This document shows, piece after piece, positions 16,932 through 26,256 of a DNA stretch of 32,000 bases. Source of the DNA: Nostoc punctiforme PCC 73102 (lineage in GTDB: Bacteria > Cyanobacteriota > Cyanobacteriia > Cyanobacteriales > Nostocaceae); NCBI RefSeq assembly GCF_000020025.1, contig NC_010628.1:2070001-2102000 (forward strand), given 5' to 3'. Within the stretch, counting starts at the first letter, position 1. Each line of letters begins with the position of its first letter. Below the pieces are notes generated by a model. That model did not search any database and was not told the origin of the DNA. It saw only the letters and a program-made list of their open reading frames with translations. The position numbers and the translations under genes are program-made.

Positions 16932-17190
16932 GCCGTGTGCAACTTTCTTCCAAACCTAACCCCCAGCCTCCTTCCCTACTAGCGTTGGGGAGCAAGAATC
17001 AAAGCCTCCCTATGGGGGAGCAATACTTTTCGGATAAACCCAACCATCTCTCTTTTGGGCTGGAGAAAGGTTACTGGGCTTGGGGGAAAGGTAAATTCAA
17101 ACCCTTTCCCTTTACCCCTTACCCCTTACCCAAAAAGTATTGTATGGGAGAAGAATGGAAGTGGGGTTCTAAGAAGAAGTTGCACATCGC
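16932..17190. mobile_element. Palindrome-bounded (MITE-like) element carrying a nested smaller MITE
   Basis: The terminal arms are GCCGTGTGCAACTTTCTTCCAAACCTAACCCCC (from 16932) and, reverse-complemented from 17190, GCGATGTGCAACTTCTTCTTAGAACCCCAC. The core TGTGCAACTT (16936-16945) / AAGTTGCACA (17177-17186) is perfect. Confidence 0.5.
17021..17142. mobile_element. 122-bp MITE copy (same family as 1532-1625 and 19886-19988)
   Basis: The TIRs are CAATACTTTTCGG (17021-17033) and CCAAAAAGTATTG (17130-17142), matching 12/13. The flanking direct repeat is TATGGGGGAG (17011-17020) vs TATGGGAG (17143-17150). Its core GGTAAATTCAAACCCTTTCC resembles that of the 19886-19988 copy. Confidence 0.6.
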
Positions 17191-17240
17191 GTAAAGTAGG
17201 AAAAGAAAATACTACCTTTTACCATTTTCTGGGTGCAAAA

Positions 17241-18161
17241 TTAGACCTGAGTTCCTATAGCTAGCCGTATTCCCCAGAATACAATTAAAGTTGCAATAGC
17301 AAGCCAGTCACGCCCTTTGAATCGTAAGTCGTGCCACTGCACTCGATGCTCGTTGGGACTGGTAAAACCCCGCACCATCATTGCATTCGCCATTTGATCG
17401 GCTCGTAAGAGCAGATTTTCTAACAATCTCTCTGCGACTGTCATCCAAACTTTGAAGCCTCCTTTCAATCCCAGCTTTTTCCAATTAATTGCCCTTGTCA
17501 TCACAGAGCGAAATAAGTTCTGCACTTCTTCTAAAACTAGAGGAATAAAGCGCAAGGACAAGGTTAAAGTTAAAGCAATTTCTGTGACAGGCAATTTGAA
17601 GCGTCGTAGGGGTTGCATTAAGCTTTCTATGCCAGATGTGATTTCTTCTGGTGCGGTTGTTAGCAGATAGAGGTTGGTGCTGTAAATTACGGTAAATATA
17701 ATTGTACTCAGCCGTACTGCCAAATCCAAGGAGCGGCGAGTTACTTTGACTGGCCCTTTCTGCAATAGCACATAGTTGTATTTTTTGTTATTACTTGCTT
17801 GCTCTGGAACAATATTCTTGGAAAATGGTTGCTGGGTTAATATTTGTTCATTAGCTGGCAGGCGTGGCTGATAATCTACACCCATTCCATCAGGACTGAT
17901 GGCTCCGATCGCTAAGACAAAAAACGATAGCATTAATAGCCAGCCCATTTGTTGCTGCCATACTCGCCGGGGAATCCTAGCAATCAAGGTGGCAATAATC
18001 AATAGCACCACCAGCAGCACCCGCCAAAAGTTGTTAGCCAAAACATAGCTTGTTAAAAAGCTCATCAACCAGGCGAACTTGACTCGCGGATCGATTTTAT
18101 GCAGCCAAGTTTGGGGTTGTTCTAAATAAAGTCCAAGTGGCAGCGATCGCAATAAATCCAT
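17241..18161 (-). CDS. ecfT: Energy-coupling-factor (CbiQ/EcfT family) transporter transmembrane component
   Basis: A multi-pass membrane protein with a CbiQ-like C-terminal region LTLSLRFIPLVLEE...RADQMANAMMVRGF. It has an ATG start and lies downstream of der on the same strand. Confidence 0.75.
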   Translation of the reverse strand: MDLLRSLPLGLYLEQPQTWLHKIDPRVKFAWLMSFLTSYVLANNFWRVLLVVLLIIATLIARIPRRVWQQQMGWLLMLSFFVLAIGAISPDGMGVDYQPRLPANEQILTQQPFSKNIVPEQASNNKKYNYVLLQKGPVKVTRRSLDLAVRLSTIIFTVIYSTNLYLLTTAPEEITSGIESLMQPLRRFKLPVTEIALTLTLSLRFIPLVLEEVQNLFRSVMTRAINWKKLGLKGGFKVWMTVAERLLENLLLRADQMANAMMVRGFTSPNEHRVQWHDLRFKGRDWLAIATLIVFWGIRLAIGTQV

Positions 18162-18173
18162 TTTAGAGTTAAA

Positions 18174-18225
18174 AGTAAGGAGTTAGGAGTAAGGAGTTAT
18201 GAGTTTCGACTTAAACTCATAACTT
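18174..18225. repeat. Heptamer array (AGTAAGG/AGTTAGG family) plus hairpin in the der-ecfT spacer
   Basis: AGTAAGG AGTTAGG AGTAAGG AGTTATG AGTTT, then the complement AAACTCATAACTT (18213-18225). A third copy of AACTCATAACT lies at 18291-18301. Confidence 0.65.
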
Positions 18226-18301
18226 TCACCTTCTGCCGCTATCAAACTCTAGTCGATAGGGTTGTATAGTTAGCAAGCAATTTTGACTTTAACTCATAAC
18301 T

Positions 18302-18330
18302 CTTGTACAGATGCGATTCATCGCGTCTCC
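18302..18330. repeat. Dispersed hairpin repeat (same family as 1557-1585) abutting the der stop codon
   Basis: CTTGTACAGATGCGATTCATCGCGTCTCC here, versus CTTGTAGAGACAGCGATTTATCGCGTCTC at 1557-1585. Confidence 0.6.
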
Positions 18331-19700
18331 TAACTTAATTTGACGCGAGTTGCTCTATTAACATTACCAATTTCGGCATCCCGGACTTTTTTACTGCGCC
18401 ACAGTAAAATAATTGGCGTGCCTTTAAATCCTAGCTGTTGCCGGAATTGACGTTCAATGTATCGGCGGTAGTTGTCGTTGAAGCGTTTGGAATCATTGAC
18501 AAATAGTGCGATCGTTGGTGGCTGGCTACTTACTTGTGTACCATAATAAATCTTGCCCTGACGACCACCACGGGATGCTGGCGGTGAATGCCAGCTAACG
18601 GCATCTGTTAAGACTTCATTAATAACTGATGTGCTGACACGCCGTTTGTGTGATTCAGCCGCCGTTTTCACCAACTCTAGAATTTTTTCTACCCGTTGTC
18701 CCGACAAGGCACTCACAAAAATTGTTTCTGCCCATTCGGTAAAATGTAACCGTGATTGCAGAGTTTTTTCGTAATCGTAGATTGTGTAAGAGTCTTTTTC
18801 GACAGCATCCCACTTATTAACGACGATGATGCAAGCTCGACCTTCTTCGATAATCCGCCCAGCTAATTTTTGGTCTTGCTCTGTGACTCCATCTACAGCA
18901 TCTAGTACTAATAAAACCACGTCAGCGCGACGAATCGCTTTGAAAGCACGGTTAATACTAAAAAATTCTGTGCCGTATTCTATATGTTTCTTTTTGCGAA
19001 TACCAGCGGTGTCAATCAACCGGTAGGTTTGTCCGTCTCGTTCAATGACGGTATCAATAGCGTCGCGGGTGGTGCCAGAAATTGGGCTGACAATTGCTCT
19101 CTCTTCGCCAACAAAAGCATTGAGTAAGCTCGATTTGCCCACATTTGGGCGGCCCACAATTGCTACTTTGATTTCATTAGTTTCTGGGATGTCTTCAACA
19201 GCAGGGATGTGATTAACTAACTCGTCGAGTAACTCTCCTGTACCACTACCATGAATTGCGGAGATGGGGTAAGGTTCACCCAATCCCAATTCCCAAAACT
19301 CGGCAGCTTGCATTAAACCTTGGTCTGGAGATTCACATTTATTTACAGCTAGTAGGACAGGTACGCGTTGTTGACGCATCCATTCGGCGATTTCTTGGTC
19401 TGCCGATGTGGGGCCTGTTTGACCATCTACAACAAAAATTGCGGCACAAGCTTCTGCTAAGGCCGTCATTGCCTGCTGGCGAATTAGTGGTAAAAATTCG
19501 GTATCATCATTAAAGACTAAACCACCAGTGTCTACGACTAAAAATTCGCGACCATTCCAGAAAGCTGGCATGTAAGTGCGATCGCGTGTCACTCCCGGTT
19601 CATCATGGACAATCGCCGTTTGTTCCCCGGCGAGTCGATTAACCAGGGTGGATTTGCCCACATTTGGGCGTCCGATAATTGCAACAATTGGCAGTGCCAT
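18330..19700 (-). CDS. der: Ribosome-biogenesis GTPase Der (EngA), double GTPase domain + KH-like domain
   Basis: Two G1 motifs GRPNVGKST / GRPNVGKSS, two DTGG/DTAG G3 motifs, and NKCE / NKWD G4 motifs. 456 aa. Confidence 0.95.
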   Translation of the reverse strand: MALPIVAIIGRPNVGKSTLVNRLAGEQTAIVHDEPGVTRDRTYMPAFWNGREFLVVDTGGLVFNDDTEFLPLIRQQAMTALAEACAAIFVVDGQTGPTSADQEIAEWMRQQRVPVLLAVNKCESPDQGLMQAAEFWELGLGEPYPISAIHGSGTGELLDELVNHIPAVEDIPETNEIKVAIVGRPNVGKSSLLNAFVGEERAIVSPISGTTRDAIDTVIERDGQTYRLIDTAGIRKKKHIEYGTEFFSINRAFKAIRRADVVLLVLDAVDGVTEQDQKLAGRIIEEGRACIIVVNKWDAVEKDSYTIYDYEKTLQSRLHFTEWAETIFVSALSGQRVEKILELVKTAAESHKRRVSTSVINEVLTDAVSWHSPPASRGGRQGKIYYGTQVSSQPPTIALFVNDSKRFNDNYRRYIERQFRQQLGFKGTPIILLWRSKKVRDAEIGNVNRATRVKLS

Positions 19701-19792
19701 AAAACCAGGGTAAGTGAGAGACGTAGTATATCATGTACTTACATTTTACTCACTTTAAGTTTTAATTTTCCCATAATCTGAGGCGATGACAA

Positions 19793-20000
19793 AGAAACCT
19801 CTCCCTGGTTTTACGCAGTCAAACCGTCCCTATCAAAGTCTGCAAAGGAAATACTTGAACTAAAGTTCAAGGCAGGCAGAAGTTTCAGTACGGTTCGGAT
19901 AAGCATTTTCACTTTCCTTGTGGTCTGGGTAAAGGGTAAAGGATGTATTCAAAACCTTTGCCTTTTTCCCTTTAACCGAACCGTATTGGGAGAGGTTTCT
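19793..20000. mobile_element. Perfect 13-bp inverted-repeat pair enclosing a nested MITE (possible outer element)
   Basis: AGAAACCTCTCCC (19793-19805) and GGGAGAGGTTTCT (19988-20000) are exact reverse complements about 180 bp apart. A small hairpin CTTGAAC-TAAA-GTTCAAG lies inside at 19854-19871. Confidence 0.45.
19886..19988. mobile_element. 103-bp MITE copy (same family as 17021-17142)
   Basis: The TIRs are CAGTACGGTTCGG (19886-19898) and CCGAACCGTATTG (19976-19988), matching 12/13. It shares TTCGGATAA after the left TIR and the core GGTAAAGGATGTATTCAAAACCTTTGCC with the 17-kb copy. Its right end GAACCGTATTG is identical to 1617-1627. Confidence 0.6.
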
Positions 20001-20014
20001 ATAATTCAAGTTAG

Positions 20015-20050
20015 TTGAAAAAATAAAAAAGGTAGGAAACCCTACCTTTT
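20015..20050 (-). terminator. Intrinsic terminator downstream of the M50 protease gene
   Basis: Stem AAAAGGTAGG (20027-20036) / CCTACCTTTT (20041-20050) with loop AAAC. On the minus strand it is followed by TTTTTTATTTTTT. Confidence 0.65.
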
Positions 20051-20143
20051 ACCCAAAAAAAGCATTTTGTAACCAAATACCAAATTCAATATCACACAAG
20101 CTTTTGACAAATCTATTGCAAAACTATGACAAGGATATGACGT

Positions 20144-21340
20144 TTAATTTGCAATTGACTTCGCTATTACTCCCAGTTGCAACCCAGGCGGATAGCTACC
20201 TTCTTCTTTTATCCGCTTGATTTCTGCGTCTGTGAGCCGTAAATTTAACTTTTGCGCCAATGTTCGCACAATATCTCCCCGGTCAATTACACCAGCTACA
20301 GCACCGGCAGGAGAAAGTACGGTAATTCGAGGTAACTGCTCATTTTCCAGCTTGTTAATTACCTCAGCTATGGTTGTTGCTTCAGCAACAGTGGGTATTT
20401 CTGTTAGGGGATGCACAATGCTGTGTAAGGTTTGGGTTTCCCATTCACTCCTTTGGGTTAGACGAAAATCGTCAATGGAAACCAAACCTCGGTAACGTCC
20501 ATCAGAAGCAGCAAAATAAACTTGTGAAAGAGCGGTTTCCAACAAGTATAAATCGGCAAAGGAGCGCAGTGTCTGGTCAGCATCGATAACCCGAAAGTCA
20601 CGAGTCATCGCATCAGCCGCCACCACTTTAAGTAGGCTTTCCTGCAACGTAGTCATGTTGTCATAGGTGTTAGCGTTGCGGACAGCAAACCAACCTAACA
20701 GCGCAATCCACAAACCAAGTGCTAACTCCCTTGTCAAGAAATCTACAACAAATCCTAAAGCGATCGCACCATAACCCAAAATTTGTCCAGCCCTAGCAGC
20801 CCAGTGTACGGCTTGAAAACGATTACCTGTTATTTGCCATAGTGCTGCTTTTAACACTTGCCCTCCATCTAGAGGTAAACCAGGAATCATGTTAAATAGT
20901 GCCACCACCAAGTTAATTCTCGCCAAATCTCCAACCATGATACTGAGTGGGCTAGTATCAGGTATTACAAGAACTCCCAGGCTGAGCAGGAAAAATAGTA
21001 TGATACTCACCAATGGCCCAGCGATCGCTACTTGAAAAGCTTTGAAAGGAGTTTTAGATTCTTCTTCAATAGCAGCAATCCCGCCAAACAGAAACAGAGT
21101 AATTGAATTAACTTTAATACCTTGCGATCGGGCTACCAAGCTGTGACCCAACTCATGTAGCAACACCGAACCAAATAGCAGCAGTGCCATAACGATTCCA
21201 GCACTCCAAGCTATAGCAGTCCCCCATTCCTGGTAAGCTACCCCAAAGTTAAGGGTTGCCAACCCTAAAATCACAAACCATAACGGGTCTAAAAACAGGG
21301 GAATTCCAAATAAAGACCCAATTTTCCAATTTGTTTGCAT
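20144..21340 (-). CDS. Site-2-protease-family (M50) membrane metalloprotease with tandem CBS domains
   Basis: The HExxH motif is LHELGHSLV in a TM helix, and the second metal-ligand region is NMIPGLPLDGG. The C-terminal half resembles a CBS pair (VVAADAMTRDFRVID..., ITVLSPAGAVAGVIDRGDIV). Confidence 0.9.
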   Translation of the reverse strand: MQTNWKIGSLFGIPLFLDPLWFVILGLATLNFGVAYQEWGTAIAWSAGIVMALLLFGSVLLHELGHSLVARSQGIKVNSITLFLFGGIAAIEEESKTPFKAFQVAIAGPLVSIILFFLLSLGVLVIPDTSPLSIMVGDLARINLVVALFNMIPGLPLDGGQVLKAALWQITGNRFQAVHWAARAGQILGYGAIALGFVVDFLTRELALGLWIALLGWFAVRNANTYDNMTTLQESLLKVVAADAMTRDFRVIDADQTLRSFADLYLLETALSQVYFAASDGRYRGLVSIDDFRLTQRSEWETQTLHSIVHPLTEIPTVAEATTIAEVINKLENEQLPRITVLSPAGAVAGVIDRGDIVRTLAQKLNLRLTDAEIKRIKEEGSYPPGLQLGVIAKSIAN

Positions 21341-21613
21341 TACATTGTCCTAAAACTAGATATCGCCAGTAGTTCCTATACAGCAATACTTGCGTATATA
21401 CTTACACGTATATATCTGAGCATCAATTTGGTAGTGCCGAGTTCCAAAATGCTCTTATTTCTAGAATAGACAATTAATGCCTGTTGGACATTGGGCATTG
21501 AAAAGAGGCAAAGGGGCGGGGGCTGCTCTTGCAGAGGGAAAAAGCTCTTCTCCTTGCTTCTTCCCTACTTCCCTGCGCTGCTTTTTGAGTGTGTTATGTG
21601 GAAAAAATAAAAT

Positions 21614-21892
21614 TTAGATAATGCCGAGATTACTCAATCCTAAGACGGTACCAGTGCCGATCAGGTGGCCGGCGCTCATTGCGGCGAGGAATGTAGCAGC
21701 ACTGGGATTATTGAACAGCGACGGAAAGGGCAAAGGCATCTTAGGTCCAACGTGAGGATAGCGAATTGTCCGAGGAATAATCAAAAGACATAATAAACAA
21801 GCGCCAGTAATAATTCCAGCTTCAGTCAAGTTCCATTCTGTGCCAGTTTTGGGTAAAGTGGCTTGGGCTGCTAATAAAATTGATGACATCAT
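21614..21892 (-). CDS. psaK: Photosystem I subunit PsaK-like protein (divergent paralog)
   Basis: A two-TM protein whose N-terminus [12 protein letters not shown] and C-terminus [17 protein letters not shown] parallel the neighbouring psaK. It has an ATGATG start with AGGAGAAAG upstream. Confidence 0.75.
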   Translation of the reverse strand: MMSSILLAAQATLPKTGTEWNLTEAGIITGACLLCLLIIPRTIRYPHVGPKMPLPFPSLFNNPSAATFLAAMSAGHLIGTGTVLGLSNLGII

Positions 21893-22152
21893 AGTTCTTT
21901 CTCCTGCATGAATTAACTAAATAAGCCTTACAGAGGGGATTAATCCCGTCTCTAAAACCATATAAATCCTCCTCTGATGAAGTAGTTGCAGCGTCCCTCA
22001 AGGGGAAGGTTAATGCCTCCCCCCTTAGTTAGGCTTACTACACGGAGGTTGGCTGATGCTTATGAGTTATCTTGCTGGAGAAAGAACTAAAATCGTTTTG
22101 AGGAATTTTGTATTGATCGCAGCGTTAAAAGCAACGCCACATCATCGCAAAA

Positions 22153-22407
22153 CTACAGACGACCGATGTTAGTCAGTCCTAAAACGATACCAATGCCGAT
22201 AATATGACCGAAAGCCATCGCACCAACAAATGTAGGAATGCTGACCGGCAGGATAGGGAGCTTGGGGCCAACTAGGGGTTTTTCAATCCTAGTACTTAGT
22301 AAAAGAACTACCAAGCTACTGATGCTGATGATGATGCCTACTGTAGGATTCCACGCAGGTGTGGCGGGAACAGTTGCAGCTGCTGCTAGTAAAATAGAGG
22401 AAATCAA
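22153..22407 (-). CDS. psaK: Photosystem I reaction-centre subunit PsaK
   Basis: The sequence is ISSILLAAAATVPATPAWNPTVGIII...FGHIIGIGIVLGLTNIGRL. The start is TTG at 22405-22407, with AGGAG about 8 nt upstream. Confidence 0.85.
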   Translation of the reverse strand: MISSILLAAAATVPATPAWNPTVGIIISISSLVVLLLSTRIEKPLVGPKLPILPVSIPTFVGAMAFGHIIGIGIVLGLTNIGRL

Positions 22408-22518
22408 GCTTTTGTCTCCTAAAATGTAGACCTACAAAATTATAAAATTACCAAGGTACAAAAGTTTTTCGGATAGTTTAGAGTTTTTTGATAATTATTT
22501 TAGATTTGTTAAATTTTC

Positions 22519-23151
22519 ATGCGCGTTAAAATTTGCGGCATCACTCAACCACAGCAGTCTATAGCGATCGCTTCTCTGGGCGCAACAGCGCTAGGATTTA
22601 TTTGTGTACCAAACTCACCTCGCTACGTGACTACATCCCAAATTCGGGCAGCAGTGGCAGAACTCCCGGCAGATATTGACACAATTGGAGTTTTTGCCAA
22701 CTCTAGTATTGTTGAAATCAGCCAGATAGTTGTTGATTCTGGGTTGACGGGGGTTCAGTTACACGGTGATGAGTTACCAGATTTTTGCTACCAATTACGC
22801 CAAGCTTTACCAAATGTCGAAATTATTAAAGCACTTAGAATTCGCAGTCTTGAGCATCTGGGCACGGCGGCTGATTACACAAAATACGTAGATACTTTAC
22901 TACTGGATGCCTACCATCCCGAACAACTTGGTGGTACAGGTAAAACCTTAGATTGGAAAATATTAGAGCAATTTAACCCCAATTGCCCTTGGTTTTTAGC
23001 TGGGGGATTAACAGCAGATAATATTGTGGAAGCTTTAAGTCAGGTTAGTCCTAGTGGCGTTGATTTATCTAGTGGTGTGGAACGCGCACCTGGAGATAAG
23101 GATTTAGATAAAGTAAGCAAGTTGTTCGAGAAATTGGGGAGTAGGGAGTAG
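22519..23151 (+). CDS. trpF: N-(5'-phosphoribosyl)anthranilate isomerase
   Basis: Motifs are [17 protein letters not shown], and [11 protein letters not shown]...VDLSSGVE. The last codons (GSRE-stop) lie inside a heptamer array. Confidence 0.9.
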   Translation: MRVKICGITQPQQSIAIASLGATALGFICVPNSPRYVTTSQIRAAVAELPADIDTIGVFANSSIVEISQIVVDSGLTGVQLHGDELPDFCYQLRQALPNVEIIKALRIRSLEHLGTAADYTKYVDTLLLDAYHPEQLGGTGKTLDWKILEQFNPNCPWFLAGGLTADNIVEALSQVSPSGVDLSSGVERAPGDKDLDKVSKLFEKLGSRE

Positions 23152-23245
23152 GGAGTGGGGGAAGGGAGTAGGAGGACAGGGAGGACAAGGGGAGAATTAT
23201 TCAAGTTTCTCCCTTGTCTACCCCCTCTTCCTTGTCTCCTATGTC
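23137..23245. repeat. GGGAGTA-type heptamer array plus its complement, forming a long imperfect hairpin between convergent trpF and folE
   Basis: GGGGAGTAGGGAGTAGGGAGTGGGGGAAGGGAGTAGGAGGACAGGGAGGACAAGGGGAGAA, loop TTATTCAAGT, then TTCTCCCTTGTCTACCCCCTCTTCCTTGTCTCCT. The core stem is 23183-23196 / 23207-23218 with one bulge. Confidence 0.65.
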
Positions 23246-23278
23246 TCTTTTCAATGCCCAATGCCCATTCCCCATTCC

Positions 23279-23986
23279 CTAAAAGAATGCTGGTTGATGG
23301 CGAATCAAGTTAAAAAATTCTTCGCGGGTTTTATGCTCTTCTTGGAACACGCCAACCATTGCGCTAGTGACAGTCCAAGAACCTGGTTTCTGTACGCCTC
23401 GCATTACCATACACATGTGGCTAGCTTCCATCACAACGGCTACGCCTCGAGGTTCTAGAATTGTCTGAATTGCTTCGGCAATTTGGCGGGTTAACCTCTC
23501 CTGGACTTGCAAGCGACGGGAATACATCTCAACAATGCGGGCCAGTTTGCTCAGTCCTACAACTTTTTGGTTGGGGATATAAGCAACGTGCGCTCTACCC
23601 ATAAATGGCAGCATGTGGTGTTCGCACAGACTAAAAAAATTAATATCTCGGACTAGTACCATCTCGTTATGCCCTTCATCAAAGATGGCATCGTTAACGA
23701 GTTCTTCAAGGGATTGGTTGTAGCCACTGGTAAGAAACCGCATTGCCTCGGCCACTCGCTTTGGTGTTTTGAGGAGTCCTTCGCGTTCAGGATCTTCGCC
23801 AACGCCCAATATTATTTTCCGCACTGCATCCTTCATTTCCTCTATATGTTCCTCTTTTGGCGGGAACACATCAGCTTGTCGCCCGTTATTCGTATTGCGA
23901 TCGGGTCTAGGAGTTATGGCATCTGCCAAGTCTGGAATCAGAGGCGATTGAGAGTAATTGGAACCGTTGGAACTAGCGATAGTCAT
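23279..23986 (-). CDS. folE: GTP cyclohydrolase I
   Basis: The active-site region is [22 protein letters not shown], with LQVQERLT and [11 protein letters not shown] also present. 235 aa with an ATG start. Confidence 0.93.
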   Translation of the reverse strand: MTIASSNGSNYSQSPLIPDLADAITPRPDRNTNNGRQADVFPPKEEHIEEMKDAVRKIILGVGEDPEREGLLKTPKRVAEAMRFLTSGYNQSLEELVNDAIFDEGHNEMVLVRDINFFSLCEHHMLPFMGRAHVAYIPNQKVVGLSKLARIVEMYSRRLQVQERLTRQIAEAIQTILEPRGVAVVMEASHMCMVMRGVQKPGSWTVTSAMVGVFQEEHKTREEFFNLIRHQPAFF

Positions 23987-24013
23987 GATTCAGTCTTGGT
24001 TATGGTTTGAAAG

Positions 24014-24070
24014 TTGGTCATTAGTCATTAGTACATTGGTCATTTGCAAAGGACTGATGACAAAGGATAA
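24014..24070. repeat. STRR heptamer array (TTGGTCA/TTAGTCA) with complementary arm in the SDR-folE spacer
   Basis: TTGGTCA TTAGTCA TTAGTAC ATTGGTC ATTTG, followed by CAAAGGACTGATGACAAAGGATAAA. Confidence 0.65.
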
Positions 24071-24071
24071 A

Positions 24072-24797
24072 TTAAAGTGCGCCAGCACTGGGCATCAGGG
24101 TCAATTCGTCAATAACTGCCTGTTGTGGTAACAGAACTGTGTGGAGAATTGACTGAGCCACTATTTCCGGGGTTAACATCTTAGAACGGTCTAAGTTGAC
24201 ATGGACTGTTTCTGTGTCCCAAAGTTCGGTATTGACTGCGCCAGGAGAGATAGCTGTGACACGAATGCCGTGGGTGCGTTCTTCTTGTGCCAGGGTTTGA
24301 GAGAGGGCAATCAAACCAGCTTTGCTGACGCTGTATGCTCCCCAACCAGGAAACGGTTGCCTGGCGGCAATTGAAGCGACGTTGATAATTGTGCCTGTGC
24401 CCCGATCGCGCATTGAAGGTAAAATTCCTAAAATGCACTGAAACACGCTGGTCAGATTCAAGTCAATTACCTGTTGCCATCCTTCTAGAGGGGTTTCGCT
24501 CAAAGTGGCTGTATAGGCAAGGCCCGCACTGTTTACCAGAATGTCTATATCACCAAAATCAAGGGCGATCGCTTGGATTTTTTCTTTTACTTCAAAGATC
24601 CGCGCTAAATCTACAGCGTAAGCTTTCGCTTCTACCCCAGTATGCTGTACAGCTTCTGCCACCGCCTCTAACTTATTCAAAGAACGGCTGACTAAGGCGA
24701 CATCTATTCCGGCTTTGGCAAAGGCTAAAGCCGTTGCTTTCCCAATTCCACTACTGGCCCCAGTAATCAGGGCGCGTCGTTTTTGCTCAACATTCAT
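24072..24797 (-). CDS. Short-chain dehydrogenase/reductase family oxidoreductase
   Basis: The cofactor motif is TGASSGIGKA, the catalytic motif is YSVSK (YxxxK), and NSAG is present. I prefer the ATG at 24795-24797 (MNVEQKRRALITG) over the track start at 24827. Confidence 0.88.
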   Translation of the reverse strand: MNVEQKRRALITGASSGIGKATALAFAKAGIDVALVSRSLNKLEAVAEAVQHTGVEAKAYAVDLARIFEVKEKIQAIALDFGDIDILVNSAGLAYTATLSETPLEGWQQVIDLNLTSVFQCILGILPSMRDRGTGTIINVASIAARQPFPGWGAYSVSKAGLIALSQTLAQEERTHGIRVTAISPGAVNTELWDTETVHVNLDRSKMLTPEIVAQSILHTVLLPQQAVIDELTLMPSAGAL

Positions 24798-25026
24798 GGT
24801 GTCTCCCAATTTTTTGGCAGTTCCCAAAGCGTAGTACCACCCAATTATTCACATTTATCGGTTTAGATAGATTAAAGGAATCTAAAAATCTGATGATTTC
24901 CATTAAGCAACTGCTATGATGCAGTGCAATAGTGGGCATATTGTGAGTTTTACCAATGAAGACAACAAATCGTCGCCTGGAAAACCACGCCGTACACTCA
25001 AATTAGATTACTCAATAACACAAAAG

Positions 25027-25047
25027 CTACTCAATTTGATTGAGTAG
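25027..25047 (-). terminator. Candidate hairpin terminator downstream of accA
   Basis: A perfect 9-bp stem CTACTCAAT / ATTGAGTAG with loop TTG. The minus-strand downstream sequence is CTTTTGTGTT. A second, larger hairpin GCCTATG...CATAGGC lies at about 25066-25106. Confidence 0.4.
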
Positions 25048-25152
25048 ATTTGCCAAACATACAAATGCCTATGGCCAGATTGTTAAAAATCTTTAAGCAC
25101 ATAGGCAATTATAGCATTGCTGCTTTATTAATCCATCATTAATGCAGTGGTT

Positions 25153-26133
25153 TTAGTGGGCAACTTCTGTAAAAACACCAATTTTACGGAATTTTTCATA
25201 ACGTAGTTGGCGGCGTTCTGGAGCAGTTAAATGGTTAAGTTCGTCCAAATTTTCTAGCAGCACTTGCTTAAGCGTGGTAGCAGCTTTTAAAGGGTCGGAA
25301 TGAGCGCCACCAGTAGGTTCAGGCAGTATTTGGTCGATAATTCCCAATCTTTTGAGATCGTGGGAAATAATTTTCAGTGCAACGGCGGCTTGAGGAGCTT
25401 TACCAGCATCTTTCCACAAAATGGCGGCGCAGGCTTCGGGGGTGGCGACAGTATAAACGGAGTGTTCAAACATGAGCAGGCGATCGCCTACACCAATACC
25501 AAGTGCGCCACCAGAACCACCTTCACCAATGACTGTGCAGATAATTGGTACATCTAAGCAAAACATTTCCCGCAAGTTGTAAGCGATCGCTTCTCCTTGA
25601 CCTTGGTGTTCTGCTTCCACTCCAGACCAGGCCCCTGGTGTGTCTATAAAAGTTAGTATGGGCATACTAAACTTGTTAGCGTGTTCCATCAACCGCATAG
25701 CTTTGCGGTAGCCGCCAGGGTAAGGCATTCCAAAGTTACGGGCAATATTGTCTTTGGTATCGCGACCTTTTTGATGACCTAACATCACCACAGGTTGTCC
25801 ACTCAGACGACCGATACCACCAACTAAAGCCGGATCGTCACCACCACAGCGATCGCCATGCAATTCCATCCATTCATCACTAATAGCCTGAATGTAATCG
25901 AGAGTACTGGGGCGACGCGGATGACGAGCGACTTGCAATCGCTGGGAAGGCGATAGACTAGTAAAAATTTCCTCACGTAGTTGCATGGCGCGTGCTTCTA
26001 GTTGACGAATTTGACCAGAAACATCGACACCATTTTCTTCTGCAAGTTGCCGAATTTGATCGATTCGGGTTGCAAGTTCTGCTAGGGGCTTTTCAAAATC
26101 TAACAGTAGCGGTTTACGCTCGGTAGTTGCCAT
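25153..26133 (-). CDS. accA: Acetyl-CoA carboxylase carboxyltransferase alpha subunit
   Basis: Motifs are [45 protein letters not shown], and [11 protein letters not shown] prefer the ATG at 26131-26133 (MATTERKP). The track start at 26148 is a TTG. Confidence 0.93.
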   Translation of the reverse strand: MATTERKPLLLDFEKPLAELATRIDQIRQLAEENGVDVSGQIRQLEARAMQLREEIFTSLSPSQRLQVARHPRRPSTLDYIQAISDEWMELHGDRCGGDDPALVGGIGRLSGQPVVMLGHQKGRDTKDNIARNFGMPYPGGYRKAMRLMEHANKFSMPILTFIDTPGAWSGVEAEHQGQGEAIAYNLREMFCLDVPIICTVIGEGGSGGALGIGVGDRLLMFEHSVYTVATPEACAAILWKDAGKAPQAAVALKIISHDLKRLGIIDQILPEPTGGAHSDPLKAATTLKQVLLENLDELNHLTAPERRQLRYEKFRKIGVFTEVAH

Positions 26134-26170
26134 CGTAGGGTTTATCAATTACGAGTTATAAGTTATTTAT

Positions 26171-26256
26171 CCTTTGCCTTTTGTCCTTTGTCCTTTGTCC
26201 TTTGTCCTTTGCAAATAACAAATGACTAATGACCAAGGACAAATGACTAATGACTA
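26171..26256. repeat. CCTTTGT heptamer array (about 6 units) followed by complementary TGACTAA/AAGGACAAA units, abutting the aar stop
   Basis: CCTTTGC CTTTTGT CCTTTGT CCTTTGT CCTTTGT CCTTTGC (26171-26212), then AAATAACAAATGACTAATGACCAAGGACAAATGACTAATGACTA. The aar stop (26254-26256) lies in the last unit. Confidence 0.75.

Noticed and set aside
23261-23458. 65-aa plus-strand ORF overlapping the folE 3' end
   Set aside because: It is antisense to the well-supported folE frame.
24916-25047. 43-aa plus-strand ORF (MMQCNSGHIVSFTNEDNKSSPGKPRRTLKLDYSITQKLLNLIE) in the accA-SDR spacer
   Set aside because: It is antisense to the operon, has no SD, and its 3' end is simply the terminator palindrome at 25027-25047. 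There is no supporting evidence.
26171-26212. Tandem repeat array that could be mistaken for a CRISPR or minisatellite locus
   Set aside because: The units are only 7 nt (CCTTTGT), directly abutting with no spacers. The same applies to the other heptamer arrays. These are STRR-type repeats, not CRISPR.
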